From NCBI GenBank assembly GCA_964407015.1, contig CAYOTX010000001.1, positions 1,708 to 65,707 on the forward strand: 64,000 nt of DNA. Reading direction: 5' to 3'. The stretch is from an uncultured Candidatus Saccharibacteria bacterium. GTDB taxonomy: Bacteria > Patescibacteriota > Saccharimonadia > Saccharimonadales > Saccharimonadaceae. The stretch's first letter is position 1, and each line of letters begins with the position of its first letter. Of the stretch, positions 10,184 to 19,097 are shown piece by piece. The notes beneath the pieces are model-generated. The model worked only from the letters and a program-made list of their open reading frames with translations, was not told the DNA's origin and ran no database searches. The position numbers were made by a program, and so were the translations under genes.

Positions 10184-10258
10184 ATGACTATACAAATTGA
10201 CCTTTTGTGTATCATCTTTTCCGGACGGAAACGCCGAAATAAAAAATCTACTAGATAA
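10184..10258 (+). CDS. Small peptide MTIQIDLLCIIFSGRKRRNKKSTR (candidate type I toxin)
   Basis: Homologous to 61113-61184; preceded by AAAGGT; hydrophobic N-half and basic C-half. Confidence 0.55.
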   Translation: MTIQIDLLCIIFSGRKRRNKKSTR

Positions 10259-10312
10259 TTCAATCTAGTAGACCAACCTTCTGGGAGAGTTTCCTAGAGA
10301 CTCTCCTTTTAT
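10241..10312 (-). ncRNA. Candidate antisense sRNA (two hairpins)
   Basis: TGtTATAAT at 10319-10327 on minus; hairpin with TCTAGG loop; terminator tctactag/ctagtaga plus U6. Confidence 0.55.
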
Positions 10313-10386
10313 GTTTTGATTATAACATAAACTATAAAAATACGAAAGAATTGTGTTATAATAAGCATAAGTAATAAAGGATTTTT

Positions 10387-10977
10387 ATGGCGAAATTGAA
10401 TCGCAAATATATAGACAAACATTGGTTAGTATTTATCTTAAGGGGTGCACTAGCGGGGGCATTTGGGTTTATTGCGCTATTTAGCGGAATGGCGAATATT
10501 GAGAGTATAGTGGCAGTAATCAGCGTGTTTTTGCTACTAATGGGCATAGTAGACTCGGTGGGGGCGCTGTATAATTCTACCAAAAAGCATGGCTGGATAA
10601 ACTCGGTGATAGATGCCGGAATAGATGTGGTGGCGGCAGTAGTGTTGCTGTTTTTCGCACGCAATGATTTAGTGACTAGCGTGATTATCTTATCTATCTA
10701 TACGATTTTGTCTGGTGTGATAGATATTTTCCATGGTTTTTTATCCACTGTGGATCCGACAGACCGGTTTATCCGCGTGTTGGTCGGTGCCTGTGGCTGT
10801 ATTATTGGGGCGGTAATACTAAATGCGGGAAGCTTTGAGATTACTACATTTATAAGATTCTTTGGGACATATATGCTGATAGTAGGGGTGACGAGCCTAA
10901 TTTATGGTGTGCATAACCGCGCACAAAACATAGAAGATAAGATAGCACGTAAACAGGCCCGAAAGAAGAAAAAATAG
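10387..10977 (+). CDS. HdeD/DUF308-like membrane protein
   Basis: About 6 hydrophobic segments; W..F.LRG.LA..FG pattern. Confidence 0.65.
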   Translation: MAKLNRKYIDKHWLVFILRGALAGAFGFIALFSGMANIESIVAVISVFLLLMGIVDSVGALYNSTKKHGWINSVIDAGIDVVAAVVLLFFARNDLVTSVIILSIYTILSGVIDIFHGFLSTVDPTDRFIRVLVGACGCIIGAVILNAGSFEITTFIRFFGTYMLIVGVTSLIYGVHNRAQNIEDKIARKQARKKKK

Positions 10978-11014
10978 ATTTCTTGTGCTATAATGAACCC
11001 ACAAGGAGATTAAA

Positions 11015-11893
11015 ATGTCAGCTGTAAAAAAAGCAATTATAACCGACGCTGGGTTTGCCAGTCGTTATTTACCAATTACTAAAACTATACCGAAAGCCAT
11101 GATCCCGATTGGCGCGAAACCGGTAATGCAACTGTGTGTGGAAGAATGTGTGGAAGCGGGAATCGAAGAAATTATCATTGTAGCGACGCCGAATACTAAA
11201 TCTAAAGAAATCTACGACGATTATTTTCATAACAAAGCAGACAATGTGAAAGCTTTGCTAGATAAGCAAGGGAAGTCCGAAAGGTTTGAGGCAGTAGAAA
11301 GGGTACTAAATTTTCCAAAAATTACTGTGATAGAGCAAGACCCAAGCTTGCCGTATGGCAATGGTTCGCCGATAGTGTCTGCCAAGGAATATGTAAAAGA
11401 CGAAGAAGCGTTTGTGGTGCTATATAGTGATGATTTGATTTTGGGTGAAGGCGATGTGAAGACTTTGGTCGAAGATTACGAAAAAGCGCCAGGTGCGAAG
11501 GGTGTGATTGCCGCGCAAGAAATGCCAGAAGAAGTATGGCATAAATACGGCATGATTGCCTTGAAAGAAAACGGCACTTTAAGCCATATTGTAGAAAAAC
11601 CAAAAACGCCAGACCTAGCACCGAGTAATTTGACTAGCTACGGGCGGTATTTACTGACGCCAGAAGTATTTGATTATCTAGTACCGTCTAATACTGGGCT
11701 AGACGGAGAGCTGTGGACGGTAGACGCAATTACAAAATTGGCCGAGCACGGCGATGTGGTAGTAGCGAAAAGTAAAGGTAAATGGATTACCACTGGTGAC
11801 CCGAAAAACTATTTCCTAGCGCACCTAGAATATGTACTAAATTACAGCGACTATGCCGACGAGGTAAAGAAAATCGTGGAAGCGACCAAATAA
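11015..11893 (+). CDS. galU: UTP-glucose-1-phosphate uridylyltransferase
   Basis: KAII..AGFASRYLPITKTIPKAMIPI, IVEKP, GRYLLTP. Confidence 0.85.
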   Translation: MSAVKKAIITDAGFASRYLPITKTIPKAMIPIGAKPVMQLCVEECVEAGIEEIIIVATPNTKSKEIYDDYFHNKADNVKALLDKQGKSERFEAVERVLNFPKITVIEQDPSLPYGNGSPIVSAKEYVKDEEAFVVLYSDDLILGEGDVKTLVEDYEKAPGAKGVIAAQEMPEEVWHKYGMIALKENGTLSHIVEKPKTPDLAPSNLTSYGRYLLTPEVFDYLVPSNTGLDGELWTVDAITKLAEHGDVVVAKSKGKWITTGDPKNYFLAHLEYVLNYSDYADEVKKIVEATK

Positions 11894-11925
11894 TTGGTGC
11901 TATAATAAAATAAAAGGAGAAAAAT

Positions 11926-12219
11926 ATGAATGTAGCTGAATGGATATTGGTAGTAATACTGAGTATTACGCTTTTGATTTTCTTGATTGTAGGAATCGTG
12001 CTGTTCGTGAAAATGATTGGCTTAAGTAAAGAAATGAAAAAAGTAGTAGTAGAGAGCCAAGATATTGCTAAAAATGCGAATGGAATCGTATCTAACGTAA
12101 AAGGCATGACCTCTATCGGTGGCACCATGGAAATGTTCGTGGATAAATACATCAATCCAAAGTTAAAGGAAAAAATTAAAGAAAGGAAAGAAGATGGCGG
12201 AAGAAAAGCAGAAAAATAA
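11926..12219 (+). CDS. Small membrane protein
   Basis: N-terminal TM helix followed by a coiled-coil-like segment. Confidence 0.6.
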   Translation: MNVAEWILVVILSITLLIFLIVGIVLFVKMIGLSKEMKKVVVESQDIAKNANGIVSNVKGMTSIGGTMEMFVDKYINPKLKEKIKERKEDGGRKAEK

Positions 12220-12541
12220 AAGCGGAGCAGGAAAGTTCTTTTTGGGGGCGGCACTCGGGGCTTTGGCTGGGGCAATAGCCGGAAAATTTGTGTCTGATAA
12301 AAAATGCGATAAATGTGATTGTGAAGAAAAATTAGACGAACTAGAAGACGAATTTGATGAAATAAAGGAAGACATCGCCGAGAAGGCAGAAGATGTAAAG
12401 GAAGAAGCTAAAGATAAGGCGAAGGAAATTAAGAAAAAGTCCGAAAAGGTAGGCAAAACCGTAGCCAGTGAAGCTAAGAAAGTGGGTAAAACGGTAGAAA
12501 AAAGCGCCAAGAAGGTAGAAAAGACTATCAAGAATGCCTGA
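12194..12541 (+). CDS. YtxH-like protein
   Basis: KFFLGAALGALAGAIAG followed by a charged helical tail. Confidence 0.65.
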   Translation: MAEEKQKNKSGAGKFFLGAALGALAGAIAGKFVSDKKCDKCDCEEKLDELEDEFDEIKEDIAEKAEDVKEEAKDKAKEIKKKSEKVGKTVASEAKKVGKTVEKSAKKVEKTIKNA

Positions 12542-15500
12542 AACGCAGCTAAAGCCTAGCGATTTCGTGCATCTACACAACCATACGCATTATTCTTTGC
12601 TGGATGGTTTGACTAAGGTACCCGAACTCGTAAAGTATGTAAAAGACCAGGGCATGGAAGCGGTGGCCGTCACAGACCACGGCACCATGTCTGGCCTAGT
12701 TGAGCTGTATAAAGAATGTAATGCGGCCGGAATAAAGCCTTTGCTTGGGCTAGAGGCCTATGTGGCGGCGCGTAAGATGACCGACAAAGACCCGGCGCAC
12801 GACAAGCAGAGGTTCCATATTACCCTAATTGCGATGAATAATAAGGGGTTTGAAAACCTTTGCCGGATAATGAGTAATGCTGAAGAGCATGGCAAGTACT
12901 ACAAGCCACGCACCGACCATGACGAACTACAGAAGTATAACGAGGGGATTATTTGCCTGTCTGGCTGTATGGGATCAGAGATTTCTGAAGCGATACGGGC
13001 CGGAGATGATAAAAGGGCATATGAATTAATAGACTGGTATAGTAATGTATTTAAAGACCGGTTTTACCTAGAGATGCAAGATCACGGCCACCCAAAATCT
13101 ACCACTCATTCTGCCGAGCAAAAAAAGGTAAATGACTGGCTAATGGCACATGCCGAAGAGCTAGGCTTGCCACTGGTGGTAACCTGTGATGCGCACTACC
13201 TCACTAAAGAAGACCAAGATGCGCACGAGGTGCTACTATGTATTGGTACGGCAGCGAATTTATCTGATACTAACCGCATGACTTTGAAGGATTACGACCT
13301 ACATGTGATACCGGCGACTGAAATTATAGAGCATTGGCAGGATACCTGCCCCGAAGCAGTCTTAAATACCAAACGAATAGCGGATAGATGCAATGTAGAT
13401 TTACAGCTGGGGCGGATTTTGATTCCAAAATTCCCGGTGCCAGATGGGGAGGACGAAAAAACTTACCTAGATAAATTAGTATTTCAAGGGCTAGTTTACA
13501 GATATGGTGGCAAAAAGTTGGAGGAAACTGTGGATCTAAGCGTAGAAGATTGCCGTAAGATTTTAGAAAAAGTAGACAAAGAGCGTGATGAAACACATAA
13601 AGTACTGCCTCGTATAGATTACGAGCTATCTGTGGTAGATAAAATGGGCTACAATGGATACTTCTTAATCGTGCAGGACTTTATTAACTGGGGTAAATCG
13701 CAGAGGATAGTGTATGGGCCGGGGCGTGGCAGCGCGGCGGGGTCTATTCTCGCGTATGCGCTCCGTATTACCGAGTTAGATCCGTTGAAGTATGATTTAC
13801 TTTTTGAGCGGTTTTTAAACCCAGACCGTATCTCGATGCCAGATATTGATACAGATATTCAAGATACGCGACGCGACGAGGTGATAGGATATTGTTCGAA
13901 CAAATATGGGTTTGATAGAGTATCTAATATTGCAACCTTTGGTAAAATGATGGCCAAAAACGCGGTGCGTGATGTGGCGCGAGTGCTAGAGGTGCCGTAT
14001 GCCGAGGCCGATAGGCTGGCTAAAATGGTACCAGACCCAGTGATGGGCCACCACGTACATTTAGCTGACGCGATAAAAGATGTGCCAGATTTAAAGCAAG
14101 AGTATGAGACTAACCCTACCTCTAAGGAGGTGATAGATTTTGCCTCGAGACTAGAGGGAACAATTCGTAACCATGGCGTACATGCTTGTGGGGTGATTAT
14201 TGCACCAGATGACCTAGTGAAATTTTTGCCTCTCGAAGTCTCTGCCAAGGGGCCGATTGCTGCGCAGTTCCCGATGGGCCAGGTAGAAGAGCTGGGACTT
14301 CTAAAAATGGACTTTTTAGGGCTGTCTAACCTGTCCGTAATTAATAATGCCCTCCGGATGATCAGGAAAGTTTACAATGATGATATAGATTTATCTAACT
14401 TACCGCTGGACGACCCAGAGACTTACGCGCTGCTTCAGCGGGCAGAGACTACTGGTGTATTCCAGCTAGAATCTGCCGGGATGAAGCGGTATCTGCGTGA
14501 CCTGAAGGCTTCTACATTTGAAGATATTATCGCTATGGTGGCGCTTTATCGCCCGGGGCCGATGCAGTTTATTGACTCTTTCATCAAACGTAAGCACGGG
14601 GAAGAGCCGATCACCTATCTGCACCCGGGGCTAGAAAATTCTCTGAAAAATACCTACGGGATTATGATTTACCAAGAGCAATTCATGCAGATATCGAAGG
14701 AATGGTGCGGGTTTACCGGTGGGCAGGCAGACACGCTACGTAAGGCGGTAGGTAAGAAGAAAATTGACTTAATGAAAAAGGTAAAGCCAGAGTTTATTAA
14801 GGGTGCTATAGAGATAGGTGGCGCTACAGAAGAAATTGCCGAGACATTTTGGAGCCAGCTGTTAGACTTTGCGAACTACTGCTTTAATAAGTCGCACGCG
14901 GCGTGCTATGCCCTGATTGCTTACTGGACAGCGTATCTAAAGGCGCACTATCCAGACGCCTTTATGGCAGCACTAATGACGGCAGATATGCGCTGGACAG
15001 ACCGCCTAGCCATAGAAATTGCCGAATGTAAGCGCATGGGGCTAAAGGTACTAGGACCAGATATTAACCAAAGTTATGGTGATTTTGGTATTGTGGGCGG
15101 CGAGAAAACGATTCGGTTTGGGCTGTCGGGCATTAAAAGTATGGGCAAAGCCCTAGTGGAAGATTATGTAATACCTGAGCGCGATAAAAACGGGCCGTTT
15201 AAATCTATCTGCGATTTTGCTAAACGCGTAGATAGTTCGAAGTTTAATAAAAAATCCTGGGAAGCGGCGATTAAGACCGGGGCGTTTGATAGCTTTGGAT
15301 ATTCGCGTTCTGATTTACTCTTTAATTTAGAGGCCATTCAGGCCTACGGGGCGAAAATTCAAAAAGATGTGGGCTCTGGGCAGACGGATTTGTTCGGCAT
15401 GATGGGTGAAGCAGGCGCAGTGCCAGAAGTAGAAATTAAAAAGGCACCAGTACAACACCCAGAGAAAGAGCAGCTACTATGGGAACGCGATTTGATGGGA

Positions 15501-16280
15501 TTATACTTATCTGCACACCCTTTGGACAAATACGATACCTATTTTGAAGAGCAAACCCACCCGATGAGTTTAATTACCGCAGAAAATAACAATAAAATGG
15601 TAACGGTGGGCGGCATTATCACGGCGGTGCGAACCATCTTGACCAAAAAAGGCGATAAAATGGCCTTCGTAAAAATGGAGAATAAGTCCGCCGAGACGGA
15701 ATTTATCGTATTTCCGAGTACTTTTGCGGAATATGGCGGTAAGCTAGAAGTAGATAACGTAGTACGGGTGCGGGGCAAGGTAAATGCTACGGACAAAGAG
15801 GGGAATATTACTTCCGACGTAAAGCTTCTGGCAGAGACGGTAGAATTGGTATCTGATGATGTGCTAGAAAATTATCAACCTACCGGCACTAAGCTTGCAG
15901 CGCCAACTTTAGCGCCAGACGTAGGCCGGCGCCGCCGAGGGAAGACTTCCGCCGAACGCGTATATAACAGTGGCAGCGGCGGGAACGGAGCGCGTAATGT
16001 TTCTCCGACAATAGATACACCGCGCGTACTAAAAGAGCCTCCCAAAGACCCACGGAAGGAAAGATTATATCTATTAATAGAAGATGCCAATGATACGGAT
16101 ACATTATCTGCTATCCGGCGGCTGGCAGATTTGAACCCTGGGTTTCAGGAAGTAGTGCTAGTACTGAAAGATGGCGAGCGGAAGCGGCCTTTACGAATGC
16201 CGTTTAAGATAGAAGTGTCGGATGATTTGATGGGGAAACTGAAGGATTTATTAGGGGAAGAGAAGGTAAAAGTAAACTAG
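12534..16280 (+). CDS. dnaE: DNA polymerase III alpha subunit
   Basis: PHP HLHNHTHYSLLDG; GPGRGSAAGS; RISMPDID; FNKSHAACY; OB-fold near the C-terminus; no intein-sized insertion seen. Confidence 0.98.
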   Translation: MPETQLKPSDFVHLHNHTHYSLLDGLTKVPELVKYVKDQGMEAVAVTDHGTMSGLVELYKECNAAGIKPLLGLEAYVAARKMTDKDPAHDKQRFHITLIAMNNKGFENLCRIMSNAEEHGKYYKPRTDHDELQKYNEGIICLSGCMGSEISEAIRAGDDKRAYELIDWYSNVFKDRFYLEMQDHGHPKSTTHSAEQKKVNDWLMAHAEELGLPLVVTCDAHYLTKEDQDAHEVLLCIGTAANLSDTNRMTLKDYDLHVIPATEIIEHWQDTCPEAVLNTKRIADRCNVDLQLGRILIPKFPVPDGEDEKTYLDKLVFQGLVYRYGGKKLEETVDLSVEDCRKILEKVDKERDETHKVLPRIDYELSVVDKMGYNGYFLIVQDFINWGKSQRIVYGPGRGSAAGSILAYALRITELDPLKYDLLFERFLNPDRISMPDIDTDIQDTRRDEVIGYCSNKYGFDRVSNIATFGKMMAKNAVRDVARVLEVPYAEADRLAKMVPDPVMGHHVHLADAIKDVPDLKQEYETNPTSKEVIDFASRLEGTIRNHGVHACGVIIAPDDLVKFLPLEVSAKGPIAAQFPMGQVEELGLLKMDFLGLSNLSVINNALRMIRKVYNDDIDLSNLPLDDPETYALLQRAETTGVFQLESAGMKRYLRDLKASTFEDIIAMVALYRPGPMQFIDSFIKRKHGEEPITYLHPGLENSLKNTYGIMIYQEQFMQISKEWCGFTGGQADTLRKAVGKKKIDLMKKVKPEFIKGAIEIGGATEEIAETFWSQLLDFANYCFNKSHAACYALIAYWTAYLKAHYPDAFMAALMTADMRWTDRLAIEIAECKRMGLKVLGPDINQSYGDFGIVGGEKTIRFGLSGIKSMGKALVEDYVIPERDKNGPFKSICDFAKRVDSSKFNKKSWEAAIKTGAFDSFGYSRSDLLFNLEAIQAYGAKIQKDVGSGQTDLFGMMGEAGAVPEVEIKKAPVQHPEKEQLLWERDLMGLYLSAHPLDKYDTYFEEQTHPMSLITAENNNKMVTVGGIITAVRTILTKKGDKMAFVKMENKSAETEFIVFPSTFAEYGGKLEVDNVVRVRGKVNATDKEGNITSDVKLLAETVELVSDDVLENYQPTGTKLAAPTLAPDVGRRRRGKTSAERVYNSGSGGNGARNVSPTIDTPRVLKEPPKDPRKERLYLLIEDANDTDTLSAIRRLADLNPGFQEVVLVLKDGERKRPLRMPFKIEVSDDLMGKLKDLLGEEKVKVN

Positions 16281-16395
16281 CCAGTCTAAATACCTATAAA
16301 AACTTCAAAACTTTCTTTTCTTTAACGATAAAATTACGCCAAAGTACGATAATCTCAAAACCAACCTTTTGTTTGCGCCTACGCTGGGCGGCAAT

Positions 16396-16558
16396 AACTT
16401 CAAAACTCATATTTTTCTCAGCGGTTGAAATGCGCGCCAAGATAATTTTTAGCAACACTAGGCGGCTCTCAAACTGGTACTGTCCAGTTTTCGAGCCGTA
16501 GAGTTGTAAAAATTATATGGGCGATTTCAAATGCTTCAAAAAAGAGAGTTTTGAAGTT
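16396..16558. repeat. Long nested palindromic element between convergent genes
   Basis: 13-bp perfect IR aacttcaaaactc/gagttttgaagtt with nested ttgaaat/atttcaa, cggctc/gagccg and aaactgg/ccagttt. Confidence 0.75.
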
Positions 16559-16590
16559 TGAGAAACCTGGGTTTTGATTATCCGCTAGAT

Positions 16591-18258
16591 TTATCTGGCG
16601 ATACAACGGAGAGTGGCCCCCCGTCGTCTATCCGTTGCATCTTTTATAAATATGCCATTCTGGGTGAAAGCGAAATCAAATGCACTATTATTATTAATGG
16701 TAGATGACCAGTAAAGCCCCTTTGCATCTAGCCCGTTAATAGACGCGCCATCTCCTATGTACCCAGACTTAATGAAATATAGTGGAGGAACTAAGACATC
16801 TGCGATAACATTCAAATTATATAGGTATTTTAGCCTAGCGAACTCATTAGTGGAATTAACCATGGCTTCAGATTGATTAGATATAGTGGACAATCTCCAC
16901 CCTTTAGGGCAAATAGAATTTTTGGGGTTATTAGATACATTATTTGATGTATCTTGTGTTAATGTGGAAGAATCATTGCTAGCAATTGCTACAGTCCAGT
17001 TATAATAATTACCCAATGATGAATGGCCAGTGTTAGTGCTATCGGTTTTATTGGCAGAATATGGTACGGTATTACTATCATTCCAGTCGTCCGCCCTAAT
17101 ACCCTCAAAACCCATAGTCTTCGCAGACATTGCTGGCGTCCAAGTAGTAATACCAGTATTCACATCGTAAGTATATCTACTCGCATAAGCGCCGACAAGC
17201 GAGTGGTCCGTAAGATCGGTATCGTTTGAAGTAAGTGATTTCATCACTTCTTGGCCTTGTTCGTTTGTATAAGCGACTAAATCTAAACCTAAGTTTTGCG
17301 TCATCCAGCAATGCCCATCTTGCAACTTGGCCACCCAGTATAACTTATTATCTCTAATATCTATTAGTTGAGTTTGTGAGGCTTCATCATATGAGCCTAC
17401 TGAATTACAAATATATGAGTTCATGTCTTGCATAGTATAATAAGTGCCGCTTTCTGTGTTAACTGGATTTTTGCCCTGTGATGCGTAAGCTTCGTTAAAG
17501 CCTAAATGGTTGTTGTTGCTACTGGGATGCACCATCAAGTACTTCACTTTCCCATTATAAGTACCAGCAGGCTGTACAGAACTAGCATAGACATCATAGG
17601 TAGTAGCAAAGTATGAACCAGTAATATCAGTATCTATAGTCATATTAGTACCAGAAGCTCTAGAGGCTACTAGTGTATAGTTATTTGGTACTACATTATA
17701 ATTATCGTAGTTATTTACGATAGTAGGAGGAGTAATAGCAATACTAGCACCAGTATCAGGATTAAGACCTGTGCCTATACCAGGAGCTAGTTTCATACCC
17801 CAAGATGATGGAGTAAGACTACTAGAGCTTCCTTCGTCATAAATACCAGTCTTAATATTATAACCATCATTATTACTACTAATTAAATCTGTATTACCAT
17901 CTATGTTATTACTACTACCTATAGCATAGATACTATAGCCATTATTATCATTACAATAAGCATTAACTCTAGTACTACCAATATCTACTGTATGAGTACC
18001 AGCATTAACATTAACTGTATGGGCTCTATCTATACTACTGCTCAAAGTACAAGCAGAAGAAATGGAGATGCTGAGGCTGTCTGAGCTGGTGTTATTATCT
18101 GCGGAGGAATGAGGAAGAGATAAGACTAGGGTAGAAATAATGAGCAATGGGATTAAAATAAGTAATATATTCCGGAATGAATAATAGAAGAAATCTGTGT
18201 AACTGCTTGCTTTATGATCTTTTTCTTTTATTTTAGATTTTGTAGTTCTATAGCCCAT
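16591..18258 (-). CDS. Secreted FISUMP (Fib_succ_major)-type protein A
   Basis: Signal/TM, WxL-like beta domain, DIRDNKLYWVAKLQDGHCWMTQNL, ICPKGWRL, YWSST...RC; SD AAGGTG fits ATG at 18258 (ORF track start 18267). Confidence 0.8.
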   Translation of the reverse strand: MGYRTTKSKIKEKDHKASSYTDFFYYSFRNILLILIPLLIISTLVLSLPHSSADNNTSSDSLSISISSACTLSSSIDRAHTVNVNAGTHTVDIGSTRVNAYCNDNNGYSIYAIGSSNNIDGNTDLISSNNDGYNIKTGIYDEGSSSSLTPSSWGMKLAPGIGTGLNPDTGASIAITPPTIVNNYDNYNVVPNNYTLVASRASGTNMTIDTDITGSYFATTYDVYASSVQPAGTYNGKVKYLMVHPSSNNNHLGFNEAYASQGKNPVNTESGTYYTMQDMNSYICNSVGSYDEASQTQLIDIRDNKLYWVAKLQDGHCWMTQNLGLDLVAYTNEQGQEVMKSLTSNDTDLTDHSLVGAYASRYTYDVNTGITTWTPAMSAKTMGFEGIRADDWNDSNTVPYSANKTDSTNTGHSSLGNYYNWTVAIASNDSSTLTQDTSNNVSNNPKNSICPKGWRLSTISNQSEAMVNSTNEFARLKYLYNLNVIADVLVPPLYFIKSGYIGDGASINGLDAKGLYWSSTINNNSAFDFAFTQNGIFIKDATDRRRGATLRCIAR

Positions 18259-18293
18259 ATGCATCACCTTGTTTAATTATCTTTATCTTTGTG

Positions 18294-18466
18294 ATGCCAT
18301 TTTGTGTAAACGGGGTATATTACAAAAATGGCACCGCAAGGGGTGCAATTACTAACAGCCAACATCCGAATTCGAACACAGCCGTAAAGTTCCTCGCGGT
18401 ACCATTTTTAACTGTGTTCGAGCTATTAAAATAACTCGGAATTTATTTAGTTGTTAGTAATTGCAC
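18294..18466 (-). ncRNA. Structured 5' leader RNA, copy 1
   Basis: 15-bp P1 GTGCAATTACTAACA/TGTTAGTAATTGCAC 4 nt after TGgTATAAT; invariant 23-mer at 18324-18346. Confidence 0.7.
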
Positions 18467-18509
18467 TTTTATTATACCATGCTAATGATTTTTGTGGTAT
18501 AATTTAGTT

Positions 18510-18580
18510 ATAAAAAGAGAAGCCCTCTAGGAAGACTTCTCTGGGTTGTTTTGATTAGGCTTTAAGGCCTAATCTTTTTT
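18510..18580 (+). ncRNA. Candidate antisense sRNA (two hairpins)
   Basis: TGgTATAAT at 18495-18503; hairpin agagaag..TCTAGG..cttctct; terminator gattaggc/gcctaatc plus T6. Confidence 0.6.
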
Positions 18581-18634
18581 CTTCGGTTTGTTGTCTTTGT
18601 CTCGGTTTATAATGATTAGTGCAAACTGAAACAT
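18569..18634 (-). CDS. Small peptide MFQFALIIINRDKDNKPKKKD (candidate type I toxin)
   Basis: SD AAAGG; TTGAAA-N18-TATAAT promoter (18792-18763); ~125-nt UTR homologous to the 60985-61110 region. Confidence 0.55.
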   Translation of the reverse strand: MFQFALIIINRDKDNKPKKKD

Positions 18635-18979
18635 TATTTAACCTTTCTAGGGCAACTTTAACTTACCTAGAATAGCCGTTTAGTGAGCCCTCACACAACC
18701 ACAAACTCTTTTAGGGCTTGCGTACTCTATGCCCATTAAACACCCGAAGCCAACCCGGCGCTATTATATGCACAGGTGCGAAAATATTTCAACCCCCCTG
18801 ACGATATAATGAAGCCATAAGAGGTTTTACCTCTGGAAAATTTCATATCACGCTTGCGGTAAAAATAAGCCTAGACGGAATAGAAGGGGGATTTATACGC
18901 GGTGATTCTAGATAGCCTAGATTTATCTCCCCAAATTTTTAGTTTCTAACAAAAACAAAAAAACGAAAGGAGAACGAAG

Positions 18980-19054
18980 ATGTCTATAAAGTTTAATCTT
19001 GTATTCAAATTCGGTTCTAAAACGAGAAAAATTACCATCCGTATAGAGTGGTAA
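18980..19054 (+). CDS. Small peptide MSIKFNLVFKFGSKTRKITIRIEW
   Basis: Strong SD AAAGGAG; 3' end overlapped by an antisense transcription unit. Confidence 0.55.
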   Translation: MSIKFNLVFKFGSKTRKITIRIEW

Positions 19055-19097
19055 TCCTTCTCCAAACCTATGGCAAGTTTCTAGAGCTTGCCTCTTG
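19025..19097 (-). ncRNA. Candidate antisense sRNA (two hairpins)
   Basis: TTGACA-N17-TATACT at 19131-19103; hairpin ggcaag-CTCTAGAA-acttgcc; terminator attacca/tggtaat plus U run. Confidence 0.6.

Noticed and set aside
12534-16280. Intein in dnaE
   Set aside because: The length is ordinary, there are no splicing or homing-endonuclease motifs, and only a short low-complexity linker lies near the C-terminus.
16591-16800. DGR variable region in FISUMP genes A and C
   Set aside because: Their 3' ends lack the NNC codon enrichment seen in gene B and are too divergent to share a template by eye.
18380-18410. T-box-like TGGTACCGCG in leader copy 1
   Set aside because: Copies 2 and 3 read TGGCGCCGTA and CGGCGCCGTA. 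There is no specifier stem or T-box antiterminator geometry, and the downstream genes are not amino-acid related.
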